NCBI GenBank assembly: GCA_036918135.1
Contig: JBALDB010000056.1
Span: 32,001-96,000, forward strand
Source of the DNA: Nostoc sp.
GTDB lineage: Bacteria; Cyanobacteriota; Cyanobacteriia; Cyanobacteriales; Nostocaceae
Length of the DNA stretch: 64,000 nucleotides
Reading direction: 5' to 3'
Shown: positions 21,280-31,665 of the stretch, piece by piece
Position numbering within the stretch: the first letter of the stretch is position 1
Layout of the letters: each line of letters begins with the position of its first letter
Notes under the pieces: model-generated
What the model saw: only the letters and a program-made list of their open reading frames with translations
Databases searched by the model: none
What the model was told of the DNA's origin: nothing
Program-made: the position numbers and the translations under genes

Positions 21280-21933
21280 TTATCGCACTTTAAAAATACC
21301 GCTAACCTCACCAGCCTTCTGTATAATACGACTATATTGAAGTCTCCACTGGAGGGCGTTTGAGATTGTTAAATAACCCTGCTCAGGTTGATTGTGAAGT
21401 ATCTCTTCGGCTATGTTATTTGCTTCAATCTCGTCAACTGGTAGATTACGATCCATCATATAGGCAATAAGGTCTTCAGCATTACCATCATTTGCAAGAA
21501 TATCTAGGATACCACGAGTCATCTGATAGTCAGCAGTACAGTTTTGATTAACAAAGATAGTGTGCTTCATATCGAGTCTACCAGTTTTACGTAAATGATC
21601 GTCTGTCTTTTCATAAACAAAGATTAGCAAACCATAACCGAGACCAAAAATTTTTTGCCGAGCAGATTTGAATGGGCATGAAGATTGAGGTTGGCGGATG
21701 CTTGTAACTTTCATGTCAATATTTAAATCTGGAAAATCTATTCCAGAAGCCGAGTTTCCTAGTTTATACTCATACAACAAAGCCAAATATACCCGAAATT
21801 TTTGCTCTAGGTAAGTTCCAACAGCCTTTCCATCTGTAACACCAAACAAAGTAGGCTCGTCATAAATACTTTCTATCTCGGAGAAATTCACAGCTTCTTG
21901 TAATAATAAATCAAGTGTTAGCAAAGGCTTCAC
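21280..21933 (-). CDS. Type II restriction endonuclease, NspV-like (recalled specificity TTCGAA)
   Basis: GVTDGKAVGTY, GIDFP..DMKVTS (PD-D/ExK), QPQSSCPFKSARQK, ISNALQWRLQY closely recall R.NspV of Nostoc; paired with the MTase. Confidence 0.8.
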   Translation of the reverse strand: MKPLLTLDLLLQEAVNFSEIESIYDEPTLFGVTDGKAVGTYLEQKFRVYLALLYEYKLGNSASGIDFPDLNIDMKVTSIRQPQSSCPFKSARQKIFGLGYGLLIFVYEKTDDHLRKTGRLDMKHTIFVNQNCTADYQMTRGILDILANDGNAEDLIAYMMDRNLPVDEIEANNIAEEILHNQPEQGYLTISNALQWRLQYSRIIQKAGEVSGIFKVR

Positions 21934-22024
21934 TATTCTCTCTTCCTGTTTGATGCTCTATTTCAACTGAAAAACAATTTTACAGTGAGTACCTGCCATC
22001 TTGAAATGTTTTTAAACCTCAACT

Positions 22025-22864
22025 ATGTCTGAATTCCACAAACCCCAACCCTTACTGCCATTAGATTCCAATTTGGATGTTACTCAAAATCACTACTGGA
22101 ATTATCACAATATTGAAGCACTCATAACTTGCAAAAAACCTCTCACCGCCTCCAAAGACGAAGATTTATTTATTACCGTGCATCAAATTTGTGAACTCGC
22201 TTTTCACCAAATGATTATTGATATGGAACGAGTTTTAGATGCTTTCGCTGCGGCGCTGCAAGATACACGAGATGCGGTGATTGGTGATACAGCAGAGGCG
22301 TGTTATTTTTTGGAGCGCATTTTGCGTTTTTATGAAGTAGTGAATACAACTATGCCAATTTTAATGACAATGCGGGCATTTGCTGAGTTTAGAACAACTA
22401 TTGGCCCCACTAGCGGTTTCCAGTCTTTTCAGTTTCGCCATCTGGAGATTATGAGTGGTGTTCGCAAGTATTGGGATGGCGGTACGAAGGATACAGAAGG
22501 TAAGCTGCACATTGCAGAAGTTGAGTTTAATTCGCGCTATGGCGAAGAAGTAACAAAATGGTTTGAGTTATACCACCAACGCAATCTTGCTGATTATTAT
22601 CAAACTCTCACTAGCCGTGTTCCTGGTAACTCTCACCAAGAACGCATCGCCTATTTACAAAATCATCCCTATGCTAGTGCAATTCTTAAGCACCTGCGTG
22701 CTTACGATCGCTTGCAAACACAGTTTCATCAATCTCATTTGGGATTGGCAATTCAACAACTAAAGATAGTCGGTGTTGATATCGGTACTGGTGGTACATC
22801 TTTTCGAGATTATCTTGCTAAATACGACAAGGAAGAAGCCCCACTTTTTCCCGGACTAAATTAG
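22025..22864 (+). CDS. Tryptophan 2,3-dioxygenase family protein
   Basis: DEDLFITVHQICEL, FAEFR, SGFQSFQFR, heme-ligand region QSHLGLA, GTGGTS. Confidence 0.85.
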   Translation: MSEFHKPQPLLPLDSNLDVTQNHYWNYHNIEALITCKKPLTASKDEDLFITVHQICELAFHQMIIDMERVLDAFAAALQDTRDAVIGDTAEACYFLERILRFYEVVNTTMPILMTMRAFAEFRTTIGPTSGFQSFQFRHLEIMSGVRKYWDGGTKDTEGKLHIAEVEFNSRYGEEVTKWFELYHQRNLADYYQTLTSRVPGNSHQERIAYLQNHPYASAILKHLRAYDRLQTQFHQSHLGLAIQQLKIVGVDIGTGGTSFRDYLAKYDKEEAPLFPGLN

Positions 22865-23119
22865 CTTTTCCTTGTTTGTTATTTCAGCTAAAACAATAAT
22901 CTAATCGAGGCGGTGTAGGCATCGCTATCATCACTAGGCAAGGATGTTCAAAAGTCTATATACCACTGACGCTACAACCAATAAATAACCAGCAGATAAG
23001 GCTGCTACTTTGCCTTTGGCAGTTGTCAGAAAATTTATTAAATAATTATAAAAAATATATATAATCTAGAAAATTATGCATGAAACTTATTAATAACAAG
23101 TCTCACAATTAAATATAAT

Positions 23120-23146
23120 TTAGCACTCAAAGCTTGCAAGTGCTAA
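23120..23146. promoter_or_regulatory. CIRCE-like operator (HrcA site)
   Basis: TTAGCACTC-aaagcttgc-AAGTGCTAA against consensus TTAGCACTC-N9-GAGTGCTAA: one mismatch, exact 9-nt spacer. Confidence 0.75.
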
Positions 23147-23277
23147 ATCTTCACTGAAGTTTAATACCTATGGTATAGACATAAATTCTACTTTTTCTAG
23201 ATAACTTAGGTATTTTTTAGGCATTATTTTAAGAGAAAAAGCATAAGTGATAGTAATTAAAAGCTGGGAGAATCGAT

Positions 23278-23628
23278 ATGAAATATACTTTTGATATTGT
23301 AGGAGTATCTCCACTTTTACAATTTTTTAATCACCAACAACAGATTTACCAACAAGCACCCCATCAAGGCGTGGAATATTTGGGAATGCATACCTGTACC
23401 CTAGATACATTTCTCAAATCTGTAGAATCAGTTCCACCACAGCGCGGTTGGAATCTAGATCGAGTTGTAGATACAGTAATTCAGTTTTGGTTGAATAACT
23501 CAGACAGTATTCATTATTGGAAAGTATGTTTAAGCGATGCTGGTAAAGATAATTTATTAATCACAAGGTTGGCAGATATAACTGCCTTACAAGCTGAATT
23601 TGAATCCCTACTAAATAAAGAGATATAA
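23278..23628 (+). CDS. Cyanobacterial hypothetical protein (116 aa)
   Basis: ORF with GGGAG RBS; downstream of the CIRCE box. Confidence 0.8.
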   Translation: MKYTFDIVGVSPLLQFFNHQQQIYQQAPHQGVEYLGMHTCTLDTFLKSVESVPPQRGWNLDRVVDTVIQFWLNNSDSIHYWKVCLSDAGKDNLLITRLADITALQAEFESLLNKEI

Positions 23629-23774
23629 ATAGAATGGTGTGGAAAAACAAAACTATGTTAAGAAAAATTAAATAAACTTAAACCCTCTTCCCTCCTGCCT
23701 CCTGCCTCCTGCCTCATCCCAACGATAAATATTCACACCGACCTACTTAGCACCTAAATCATTCCTAAACAACA

Positions 23775-23808
23775 AGCTCCCTGACTTCTAGTAAGAAGTC
23801 GGGGAGCT
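23775..23808. repeat. REP-like palindrome or terminator (related hairpin at 53893-53925)
   Basis: agctccctgacttc-tagtaa-gaagtcggggagct. Confidence 0.6.
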
Positions 23809-24093
23809 GAACTTTGGAATTTATTTTACACTTGACTACTGATATAGATTTTACTTACGTATATCGAGCTAAATTTTCTCGGCTTAATACTTGTTTTGAC
23901 TTTGGGTTTGAGCATTCTTTTACCCGGAAAACAGTTGCAAATTCAAGGTTTAAAGCTGATAAATACTTGGTATTTACAACTCAGTTCCTCTAAAATGTTG
24001 CGCTAAGTGTTGACAATTTATCAATAATCGAATAACAAGGTGGCAGTAGCTTTAAAAAAAAGCGTTAGTGCATTTCTACCTAGAAACTAATTA

Positions 24094-24366
24094 ATGCCCT
24101 TCATGAAACTTCATACGGAAAAGATAATTATGCCAAAAAATACGGAGTACAAAGCTGACAAATCAGGCAATCAAGCTATTGCTTACAAAGAGCGTCTGAA
24201 TTCTTGGGCGATCGCTCGTTTACTTCCCGATACCCAACGAGAAATTGTTGCTCGCTTCCGCAATCGTTCTGATGCAGATGGTTATATCCAGCATTTGCGT
24301 CAGGAAATCCCGAACGCTTCTTTTATGGTCATCTTTGATTGTCAACGCGAAGAAGCTGTGATTTAA
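24094..24366 (+). CDS. Small cyanobacterial hypothetical protein (start may be 24130)
   Basis: Core RLNSWAIARLLP..IVARFRNRSDADGY looks like a recurrent Nostocales family; followed by a hairpin. Confidence 0.7.
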   Translation: MPFMKLHTEKIIMPKNTEYKADKSGNQAIAYKERLNSWAIARLLPDTQREIVARFRNRSDADGYIQHLRQEIPNASFMVIFDCQREEAVI

Positions 24367-24385
24367 ATCACAGGTTGACTTTGAG

Positions 24386-24418
24386 TTTTTGGATGGAGGA
24401 AACCTCCATCTAAAAAAA
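24386..24418. terminator. Intrinsic terminator hairpin
   Basis: ttttt-g-gatggagg-aaa-cctccatc-taaaaaaa. Confidence 0.65.
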
Positions 24419-24842
24419 TTTTTGCTTTTGTGTGTGCGCTCTTGAGATTGAAAATACGATGTGGGGGTAGGAGTCAAAAGATTTTCCGAGCGAGTGCGAT
24501 CGCTGCAAAAATGTCACAACTCTAGATTGCAATCCAGGCTTCACTTCAAAATTCTGGATTTAGTCAACGAAGAGGACAAGCAGACATACAAATATAGGAC
24601 TCTTATTTGAATGTATCAAAAAACTCCTTACACTTAAGGCAAAGGGCAACAGCCAATAGGCAATGGATAACAAACGAATATGCCCTACTCGCTCCCTACA
24701 CTGTAGGAGTTGAAAAATCAAAGCAAATTACTATATTTTTCTTCTGAAAATTTCCGTAATTGCCCCCTTGCGATTGGTATTTTAGATTATTTAAAAGTAA
24801 AAGTTAGCACAAAAATCCCTGAAAGTGCTGGAGGGTTAATTA

Positions 24843-27800
24843 GTGGTCAAACAGCACCGACGTGATTGGTTCAAAGCTGTAAAATTTTGCTGCAAACCAG
24901 AATTACTAGCACTGTTGCTAGTAATTTTGTTGTCAATTTATGTAATCTTTCTGTGGCAAAAACTCTCATTGCCAATTGTGGGGTTATTAACACAATTGGA
25001 AATGATTGCCAGGTTATTAATTGTCGGGTTATTAGTAGCCACCACGCTGATATTATCAATTTATTTTACCCTGACAATGAAAGCAAGTAACCAGCAGATA
25101 GCAGCAAAAAATCAGGAATTAGCTCACAAGATTTTTGAACAAAAACAACTAGAAATTGCTCTGTGCAATCATGAGAATCGTCTGCGCCAGCTGTTAGAAA
25201 CTGTCAAAGTCATTCCTTGGGAATTAGATTTAAAAACTTGCCGATTTATCTATGTCGGGCCACAAGCGGTAGAGTTACTCAATTATCCGCTTGCACAATG
25301 GTATGAGGAAAATTTTTGGGTCAATCATCTACATCCAGATGACCGAGAAAAATCTGTTCGTTTTTGTCAACAAGCAACTGATAGATGCGAAAATCATGAA
25401 TTGGAATACCGAATGTTAGCAGCTGACGGGCGAGTTGTTTGGCTGCGACAGATTGTGACGGTAGTTCACGAAGCCGGAACTCCTACAATGCTGAGGGGGT
25501 TTATGTTTGACATTACTGATTTGAAGCTGGTTGAAGAAACCTTGAGACTGAGGGAGAGGGCACTTGCTGCTACCAGTAATGGAATTATTATTACCGATGC
25601 TAGACTTGCACATAATCCAATTATTTATGTCAATCCTGCCTTTGAGCGGATAACAGGTTATAGTACTACTGATGTAATTGGGGGGAATTGTCGATTTTTG
25701 CAAGGCACAGATACCGACCAACCAGCACTCGATCGACTGCGGTCATGTATCAAAGCGGGAACAAGTTGCAAAGTGATTCTCCGCAATTATCGTAAAGATG
25801 GCATCTTGTTCTGGAATGAATTGAGTATTTCTCCTATCCACGATCGAAATGGCAAGTTAAGTCACTTCATTGGCTCTCAAACAGATATTAGCGAGCGTAA
25901 ACTTGCCGAAGCCCGATTGCGTTACCAAGCCCTGACCTTTGAAAACATGCACGATGGCGTGATTATTACAGATTTGACAGGAAGTATTATTGACTGGAAT
26001 TTGGCTGCCGAAAGCATGTTTGGCTATACTAAAGCCGAGGTTTTAGGTAAAACTCCCACTATTTTACATCAACCTGAAGCAGCCCCACTGCTGACTAACA
26101 AAATTCTCGAAAAAATCAACCAGCAAGGACGCTGCTCAGGAGAAATAGATTTTATTCGTAAAGATGGCAGTCAGGGAATTTGTGAAACAACTGTAGTATC
26201 TTTACAGGATGAAGAGGGGCAAACTGTTGCCACTGTTGGTATCAATCACGATATTACCGAAAACAAACGAGCTAAAGAAGCACTGCAAAGGCAATTACAT
26301 CGAACCTTACTACTCGAACAAATTACTCAAGAAATTCGTCAAAGTCTAGACACAAGCAAAATCTTTGAGACGGCTGCTACTCAAATTGGGCAAGCATTTG
26401 CAGTCGATCGCTGTTTAATTCATTCTTACATTAATCACCCTATCCCTCTAATTCCCCTAGTAGCTGAGTATAATGTCCTTCCTGGTTGCTGCTCGATATT
26501 AAACTTGGAAGTTTCGATAACTAACAATCCTCATGCCCAGCAGATGATGGCACAAGAAAGTGCGATCGCCTCTCCAGATGTTTACGTTGATACTTTACTC
26601 CAAGGCGCTGAGCTTACCTGCCGACAAATTGGACTCAAATCCATGCTCTGTGTCCGCACTTCTTATCAAGGAGAACCAAACGGTGCTATAATTCTCCACC
26701 AATGCAGCTATTTTCGCCAGTGGACACAAGATGAAATTGAATTACTAGAAGCAGTGGCCGCTCAGTTAGGTATTGCTTTAGCACAAGCTCAATTACTGGA
26801 ACAAGAAACCCGCCAACGTCAAGAACTTACCTTGAAAAACTTTGCTTTGGAACGAGCAAAACGTCAGGCAGAAGCCGCAAATTTGGCGAAAAGTGAGTTT
26901 TTGGCGATGATGAGCCACGAAATTCGTACTCCCATGAATGCTGTTATTGCCATGACAGGTCTACTGCTGGATACTGACCTGACGCATCAGCAGCAAGATT
27001 TTGTGGAAACAATTCGCAGCAGCGGAGATGCTTTACTCACGATTATCAATGACATTTTAGATTTCTCCAAAATTGAGTCAGGGAAGTTGGAATTAGAAGA
27101 ACAGCCCTTTGATTTGAGAGCTTGTGTAGAACAGGCTATCTACCTTCTAGCCCCGAAAGCTGCCCAAAAAGATATCGAATTAGCTTACCTGATAGAGGCG
27201 CAAGTTCCCACTCACATTATTGGCGATTTAACTCGTCTACGCCAAGTTTTGATGAACCTGCTCAACAATGCGATTAAGTTTACTGAAAACGGAGAAGTAG
27301 TACTTTCTGTTGAACTAGGGAGTGGGAATTTAACTTCAGAAACTTCTTCCCAGTCCCCAGTCGAAATTCAATTTGCCATTAAAGACACAGGTATTGGCAT
27401 TGCACCAGAAAAAATAGAACGGTTATTTCAACCTTTTACTCAGGCTGATGCCTCGATGACTCGACGATATGGCGGTACAGGACTGGGACTGGCAATCAGC
27501 AAGCGGCTTAGTCAGATGATGGGCGGCACCCTTTGGGTTGAAAGTCAGGGCTTTGTTGGTGGCAATCCTAATTCTACATGGCAAAGTAAAAAATTATCTT
27601 CTTACTCTGGCGAAGGTTCAACATTTTACTTCACCATTACAGCCAAAGTGGCTACTGTGGCAGAACAAGCTCCCTTTAACACTTTGTTAGTGGATCTGGC
27701 TGGAAAGCGGCTGTTGATTGTGGATGACAATCTCACTAACCGCACAATTGTCAGCTTACAAGCAGAGTCTTGGAAAATGCAAACTTATGCTGCCAAATCT

Positions 27801-28943
27801 GCTAAAGAAGCTTTAGCCCAACTTGCTCAGGGAACGCAGTTCGATCTTGCCATTTTGGATATGCAACTGCCAGAAATAGATGGTATAACCCTAGCTCGTC
27901 AAATCCGCAAGCAATCTGGCTGTGAAAATCTACCTTTGGTGATGCTGATCCCTTTAGGTAAACTAGAAACCTCCTTTGATTTTGGTGATGTGCAGTTTGC
28001 TGCCTCTTTGAGCAAACCGATTAAACAGACTCAACTCTACGATGTTGTTACCTATGTTTTAGGTAATCAGCCGACCAAAGCCGATATGTCTCATTCTCAT
28101 TCACCCTTAGTCGATCCGCATTTGGCACATCGATTACCACTGCGGATTCTTTTAGCAGAGGACACGCTTGTTAATCAGAAAGTTGCTCTCCTGATGCTAC
28201 AGAAAATGAGTTATCAGGCAGATGTAGTAACTAATGGACTAGAAGTGTTGCAAGCGTTGGAAAAACAGCCTTATGACGTAGTGTTGATGGATATCCACAT
28301 GCCTGAAATGGATGGTTTTGAAGCAACTCGGAGAATTTGTCAACAATGGGAAGTTGGTTTTCGTCCCTATATCATTGCGATCACTGCTAATGCCATGCGC
28401 GGCGATCGCGAAGCTTGTCTGGCTGCTGGTGCCAATGACTACATTAGTAAACCTGTTCAAATCGAGGAGTTAGCCCAAGCACTCAGCAACTGCCCACCCC
28501 CAACTAGTAAACAAGGTCGAGTCATCTCTGGAGAATTGCAACCTTCGCCAAATATCCTCCAGGTTCGACAAAACCAGACATTTAATAGTGCCAAGATAGA
28601 TGCCAAAATTCTCAAATCCTTGCAGAATATCCTCAAAGGAGATCGTGCGGCATTTGCGGAATTGATTGAGTGTTATCTTACACAAACTCCTAAAATGTTG
28701 CAAAATATCGGCACAGCGATCGCAACTGAGGATACCCAGACTCTATGGAAGACAGCACATCAACTCAAATCCAGCAGTGCCTCTGTAGGAGCGATCGCCT
28801 TGGCGCAACTTTGCAAGCAATTAGAAACACAGGGACGCAGCAACAAATTACAAAGTAGCTTAGAGATTATATCACAACTCAACCAAGAATATGAACAGGT
28901 CAAAACTGCCCTACAAAAAGAACTTGCGAAGGAGGCACAATGA
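24843..28943 (+). CDS. Membrane hybrid histidine kinase with a LOV photosensor: TM, PAS, LOV, PAS, GAF, HisKA, HATPase, 2 REC, HPt
   Basis: [12 protein letters not shown] motif with NYRKDG, FWN and [29 protein letters not shown] (HPt). Confidence 0.92.
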   Translation: MVKQHRRDWFKAVKFCCKPELLALLLVILLSIYVIFLWQKLSLPIVGLLTQLEMIARLLIVGLLVATTLILSIYFTLTMKASNQQIAAKNQELAHKIFEQKQLEIALCNHENRLRQLLETVKVIPWELDLKTCRFIYVGPQAVELLNYPLAQWYEENFWVNHLHPDDREKSVRFCQQATDRCENHELEYRMLAADGRVVWLRQIVTVVHEAGTPTMLRGFMFDITDLKLVEETLRLRERALAATSNGIIITDARLAHNPIIYVNPAFERITGYSTTDVIGGNCRFLQGTDTDQPALDRLRSCIKAGTSCKVILRNYRKDGILFWNELSISPIHDRNGKLSHFIGSQTDISERKLAEARLRYQALTFENMHDGVIITDLTGSIIDWNLAAESMFGYTKAEVLGKTPTILHQPEAAPLLTNKILEKINQQGRCSGEIDFIRKDGSQGICETTVVSLQDEEGQTVATVGINHDITENKRAKEALQRQLHRTLLLEQITQEIRQSLDTSKIFETAATQIGQAFAVDRCLIHSYINHPIPLIPLVAEYNVLPGCCSILNLEVSITNNPHAQQMMAQESAIASPDVYVDTLLQGAELTCRQIGLKSMLCVRTSYQGEPNGAIILHQCSYFRQWTQDEIELLEAVAAQLGIALAQAQLLEQETRQRQELTLKNFALERAKRQAEAANLAKSEFLAMMSHEIRTPMNAVIAMTGLLLDTDLTHQQQDFVETIRSSGDALLTIINDILDFSKIESGKLELEEQPFDLRACVEQAIYLLAPKAAQKDIELAYLIEAQVPTHIIGDLTRLRQVLMNLLNNAIKFTENGEVVLSVELGSGNLTSETSSQSPVEIQFAIKDTGIGIAPEKIERLFQPFTQADASMTRRYGGTGLGLAISKRLSQMMGGTLWVESQGFVGGNPNSTWQSKKLSSYSGEGSTFYFTITAKVATVAEQAPFNTLLVDLAGKRLLIVDDNLTNRTIVSLQAESWKMQTYAAKSAKEALAQLAQGTQFDLAILDMQLPEIDGITLARQIRKQSGCENLPLVMLIPLGKLETSFDFGDVQFAASLSKPIKQTQLYDVVTYVLGNQPTKADMSHSHSPLVDPHLAHRLPLRILLAEDTLVNQKVALLMLQKMSYQADVVTNGLEVLQALEKQPYDVVLMDIHMPEMDGFEATRRICQQWEVGFRPYIIAITANAMRGDREACLAAGANDYISKPVQIEELAQALSNCPPPTSKQGRVISGELQPSPNILQVRQNQTFNSAKIDAKILKSLQNILKGDRAAFAELIECYLTQTPKMLQNIGTAIATEDTQTLWKTAHQLKSSSASVGAIALAQLCKQLETQGRSNKLQSSLEIISQLNQEYEQVKTALQKELAKEAQ

Positions 28944-29899
28944 AAGCCACTCCTCAACAAACCCAATCATTAGTTTTAATTGTTGATGATGAGCCATTCA
29001 TCCGCATGATTTTACGAAATTTCTTGGAGCGGGAAGGGTATAAAATTGTCGAAGCTGAAAATGGCATAGAAGCTTTAACTGTTTTTAACCAACTGCACCC
29101 TGATATAGTACTTCTTGATGCCATGATGCCCGATATGGATGGGTTTGAGTGTTGCACTCAGTTGCAAATTCTTGATTCTAGCAAGCATATTCCAGTATTA
29201 ATGATTACAGGACTGGAAGATGAAGAGTCAGTTGACCGTGCATTTGAAGTGGGCGCAATCGACTATATTAATAAACCCATTTACTGGCCAGTTTTGCGAC
29301 AACGGGTAAAACGCTTAATTCAACAATCTCAGTTACAACAAAAACTCGAAGCTGTGAATTTAGAATTGCAGCGATTAGTTACTATCGATGGATTAACCGA
29401 AGTGGCAAACCGCCGGGGATTTGAAGAGTATTTTTCCCAAGAGTGGCAGCGGATGAAACGGGAACAACGCCCACTTTCTCTAATTCTTTGCGATGTTGAT
29501 TTTTTCAAATCATACAATGATACCTATGGTCATCGAGTAGGCGATCGCTGTCTATTACAAATTGCTCAAGCCATTAAAAATATTGTCAAACGTCCTGGAG
29601 ATTTGGTTGCCCGTTATGGTGGGGAAGAATTTGCCATAATTTTACCTTACACAGACACCCAAGGGGCAACTCATATTGCCGAAAAAATTTGCGATGTTGT
29701 CCGCACATTGGCAATTCCTCATGGGAATTCACAAGTTAGTCCTTATGTAACCCTGAGTGCCGGCTTTACTACAGAAATTCCTCAACCAAATTCTGACTTG
29801 GAAGAAATGATAGCCGCAGCAGATCGGGCATTGTATCAAGCAAAAACAGCAGGACGCGATCGCTTTGTCCAAAATACTCTAGCTACCCAAATGCAATGA
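28940..29899 (+). CDS. Response regulator diguanylate cyclase (REC-GGDEF)
   Basis: [29 protein letters not shown]-site; [12 protein letters not shown] overlap with the kinase stop. Confidence 0.93.
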   Translation: MKATPQQTQSLVLIVDDEPFIRMILRNFLEREGYKIVEAENGIEALTVFNQLHPDIVLLDAMMPDMDGFECCTQLQILDSSKHIPVLMITGLEDEESVDRAFEVGAIDYINKPIYWPVLRQRVKRLIQQSQLQQKLEAVNLELQRLVTIDGLTEVANRRGFEEYFSQEWQRMKREQRPLSLILCDVDFFKSYNDTYGHRVGDRCLLQIAQAIKNIVKRPGDLVARYGGEEFAIILPYTDTQGATHIAEKICDVVRTLAIPHGNSQVSPYVTLSAGFTTEIPQPNSDLEEMIAAADRALYQAKTAGRDRFVQNTLATQMQ

Positions 29900-29920
29900 G
29901 GGAGATGGGGAGATGAGGTC

Positions 29921-30044
29921 ATATCATGTGCGGTTAAAGTACTTATCATTAAGACCGCAGTTCCTAGCAGGGGGCAGGGGGAAAGAGGTTTTCCTGGTTT
30001 TTGCACAGATGCGGGAATTATAACTAATTAGGCGGACACGATAT
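29921..30044. repeat. MITE-like element with ATATCATGT(G/C)CG...CGGACACGATAT ends; related copy at 37482-37659
   Basis: Imperfect terminal inverted repeats; the second copy interrupts an AAATCCA STRR run. Confidence 0.6.
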
Positions 30045-30092
30045 CAACTGTCAACAGTCAAAACTCAGCATTCCCAATGCCCCATAGCGAAT

Positions 30093-31229
30093 TTAAAAAT
30101 CTACCCCTCTTTTGAGTTCTACACCTTGATTGGCATAATGTTTGTGGCAGTAAACCTCTGAATGAACGCTAGCTAAGTCGAAGTATGCCGGTTGGTTTTG
30201 GCAACGGCCAGTGATGATAATTTCAGTGTCGCGGGGTTTGCGGAGAAAAGCTTGAACAATGGGTTCAACGGGGAGTAGTTCCAAGTCTACTGTGGGATTG
30301 AGTTCATCGAGAATAATCGTTTTATACAGCCCAGAGGCGATCGCAACTTTGGCAATTTCCCAACCCCGTTCGGCTTCTACGTAATCTAATTCTTGGCGAG
30401 AATTACGCCAGACAATTGCATCTCGACCGCAGCGTTGATGATCCACCACTTCTGGATACGACTGCTGCAAAGCAGCGATCGCTGCGTCTTCTGTGTAGCC
30501 AGTACCACCCTTGAGCCACTGCATAATTAATACACGGGTAGACCCTGGATGATTGATTCCCCTACCAATTGCCTGTAAGGCTTTGCCCAATGCACTCGTA
30601 GACTTACCTTTACCAGCACCAGTATAAATTTCAATACCATTAAGTAAGAGTGCTGTGGCAGTTGGGTGATGGTGCGGTTTCATTTCAGAGTGCAAATCTG
30701 CAATATCGAGTAACTTTTGTGGCGCGGCGCGTCCGGTAGCAATAATTTCCAACTCTTGTGGTTTGGATTTTAATGTCTGCACCACTTCATCCACTGGTAG
30801 TAAACCCAAATCGAGAACGGGGTTAATTTCATCTAAAACCACAACTGAATATAAACCACTGACAATCGCACCTTTGGCGACATCCCAACCTCGCGCCGCT
30901 TCATCTATGTCAAAGGCGGTGATTTCTTCTGGGCCAAAAAATTCAGCTCTCCCAGTGCGAACCTGGTCAATTAAATGGGGAAAGCCACGTTGCAAAGCTG
31001 CGATCGCCCCATCTTCATCATAATCACGTTCCGGCCCCTTTAAAAACCGCAGCAGTAAAACTCGGTTAGAATTACTAGGTGTATTTATTCCCAACCCAAT
31101 CGAACGCAAAACCACCCCTAAAGCTGCTTGGGACTTACCTTTACCTGCACCATCGTAGACGTGAATTTGACCAATCAGCCGTTCTTGACGCACTTGCGCC
31201 GTGCGAATACCGATGCCGTTCCTTATCAT
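30093..31229 (-). CDS. cobO: Cob(I)yrinic acid a,c-diamide adenosyltransferase (cyanobacterial two-domain form)
   Basis: Two CobA/CobO/BtuR domains, each with GAGKGKS P-loop and LDE motif. Confidence 0.9.
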   Translation of the reverse strand: MIRNGIGIRTAQVRQERLIGQIHVYDGAGKGKSQAALGVVLRSIGLGINTPSNSNRVLLLRFLKGPERDYDEDGAIAALQRGFPHLIDQVRTGRAEFFGPEEITAFDIDEAARGWDVAKGAIVSGLYSVVVLDEINPVLDLGLLPVDEVVQTLKSKPQELEIIATGRAAPQKLLDIADLHSEMKPHHHPTATALLLNGIEIYTGAGKGKSTSALGKALQAIGRGINHPGSTRVLIMQWLKGGTGYTEDAAIAALQQSYPEVVDHQRCGRDAIVWRNSRQELDYVEAERGWEIAKVAIASGLYKTIILDELNPTVDLELLPVEPIVQAFLRKPRDTEIIITGRCQNQPAYFDLASVHSEVYCHKHYANQGVELKRGVDF

Positions 31230-31257
31230 TTCTCGAAAAGTTATAATATAGCAGTTT

Positions 31258-31422
31258 GTGAACTACCACAACTAACCCCAAGCGGTATAGTTGAGGCTTC
31301 TAAGTTCATTGGGGATTGTGTCTAGAAGACAAGAAACCTTGCCTGCTACCCGTCTTACATTCCCTTCATTAGCAGTATCGCTAGTTTCTAACGACAATAT
31401 CCCCAAGGCTTCATTTTTGATA
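31258..31422 (-). mobile_element. IS200/IS605-family remnant: tnpB 3' tail plus right end
   Basis: Minus strand reads IKNEALGILSLETSDTANEGNVRRVAGK...AWG*, like the tail after TnpB's NAAxNI motif, then subterminal hairpin and GGTAGTTCAC end. Confidence 0.65.
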
Positions 31423-31530
31423 ATTAAAGTCACTCAAGGGGTCACCTCCACTGCTCTCCAAAACGGAACGTGATAGTTTCCCATCTTTTTGCTCCTCAGT
31501 AAAAGGGCTGCTGTCATCAGAAGGTCATTG
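31423..31530 (-). mobile_element. Group II intron 3' remnant (degenerate domains V and VI)
   Basis: Minus strand GAGGAGC..GATGGGAAACTATCACGTTCCGTTTTGGAGAGCAGTGGAGGTGACCCCTTGAGTGACTTTAAT, ending in AAT. Confidence 0.7.
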
Positions 31531-31665
31531 CCAACATCTCATTTTTCTGGTTAGATTACTAGGTTCTACTGGTGGCTTAAGTTTAGCACTTATATTTTAT
31601 ACATCGATTACGTCATTAATATTTAGAATAAGCTATAAAATGTCATTGTTTAAAGAGAATTAATC

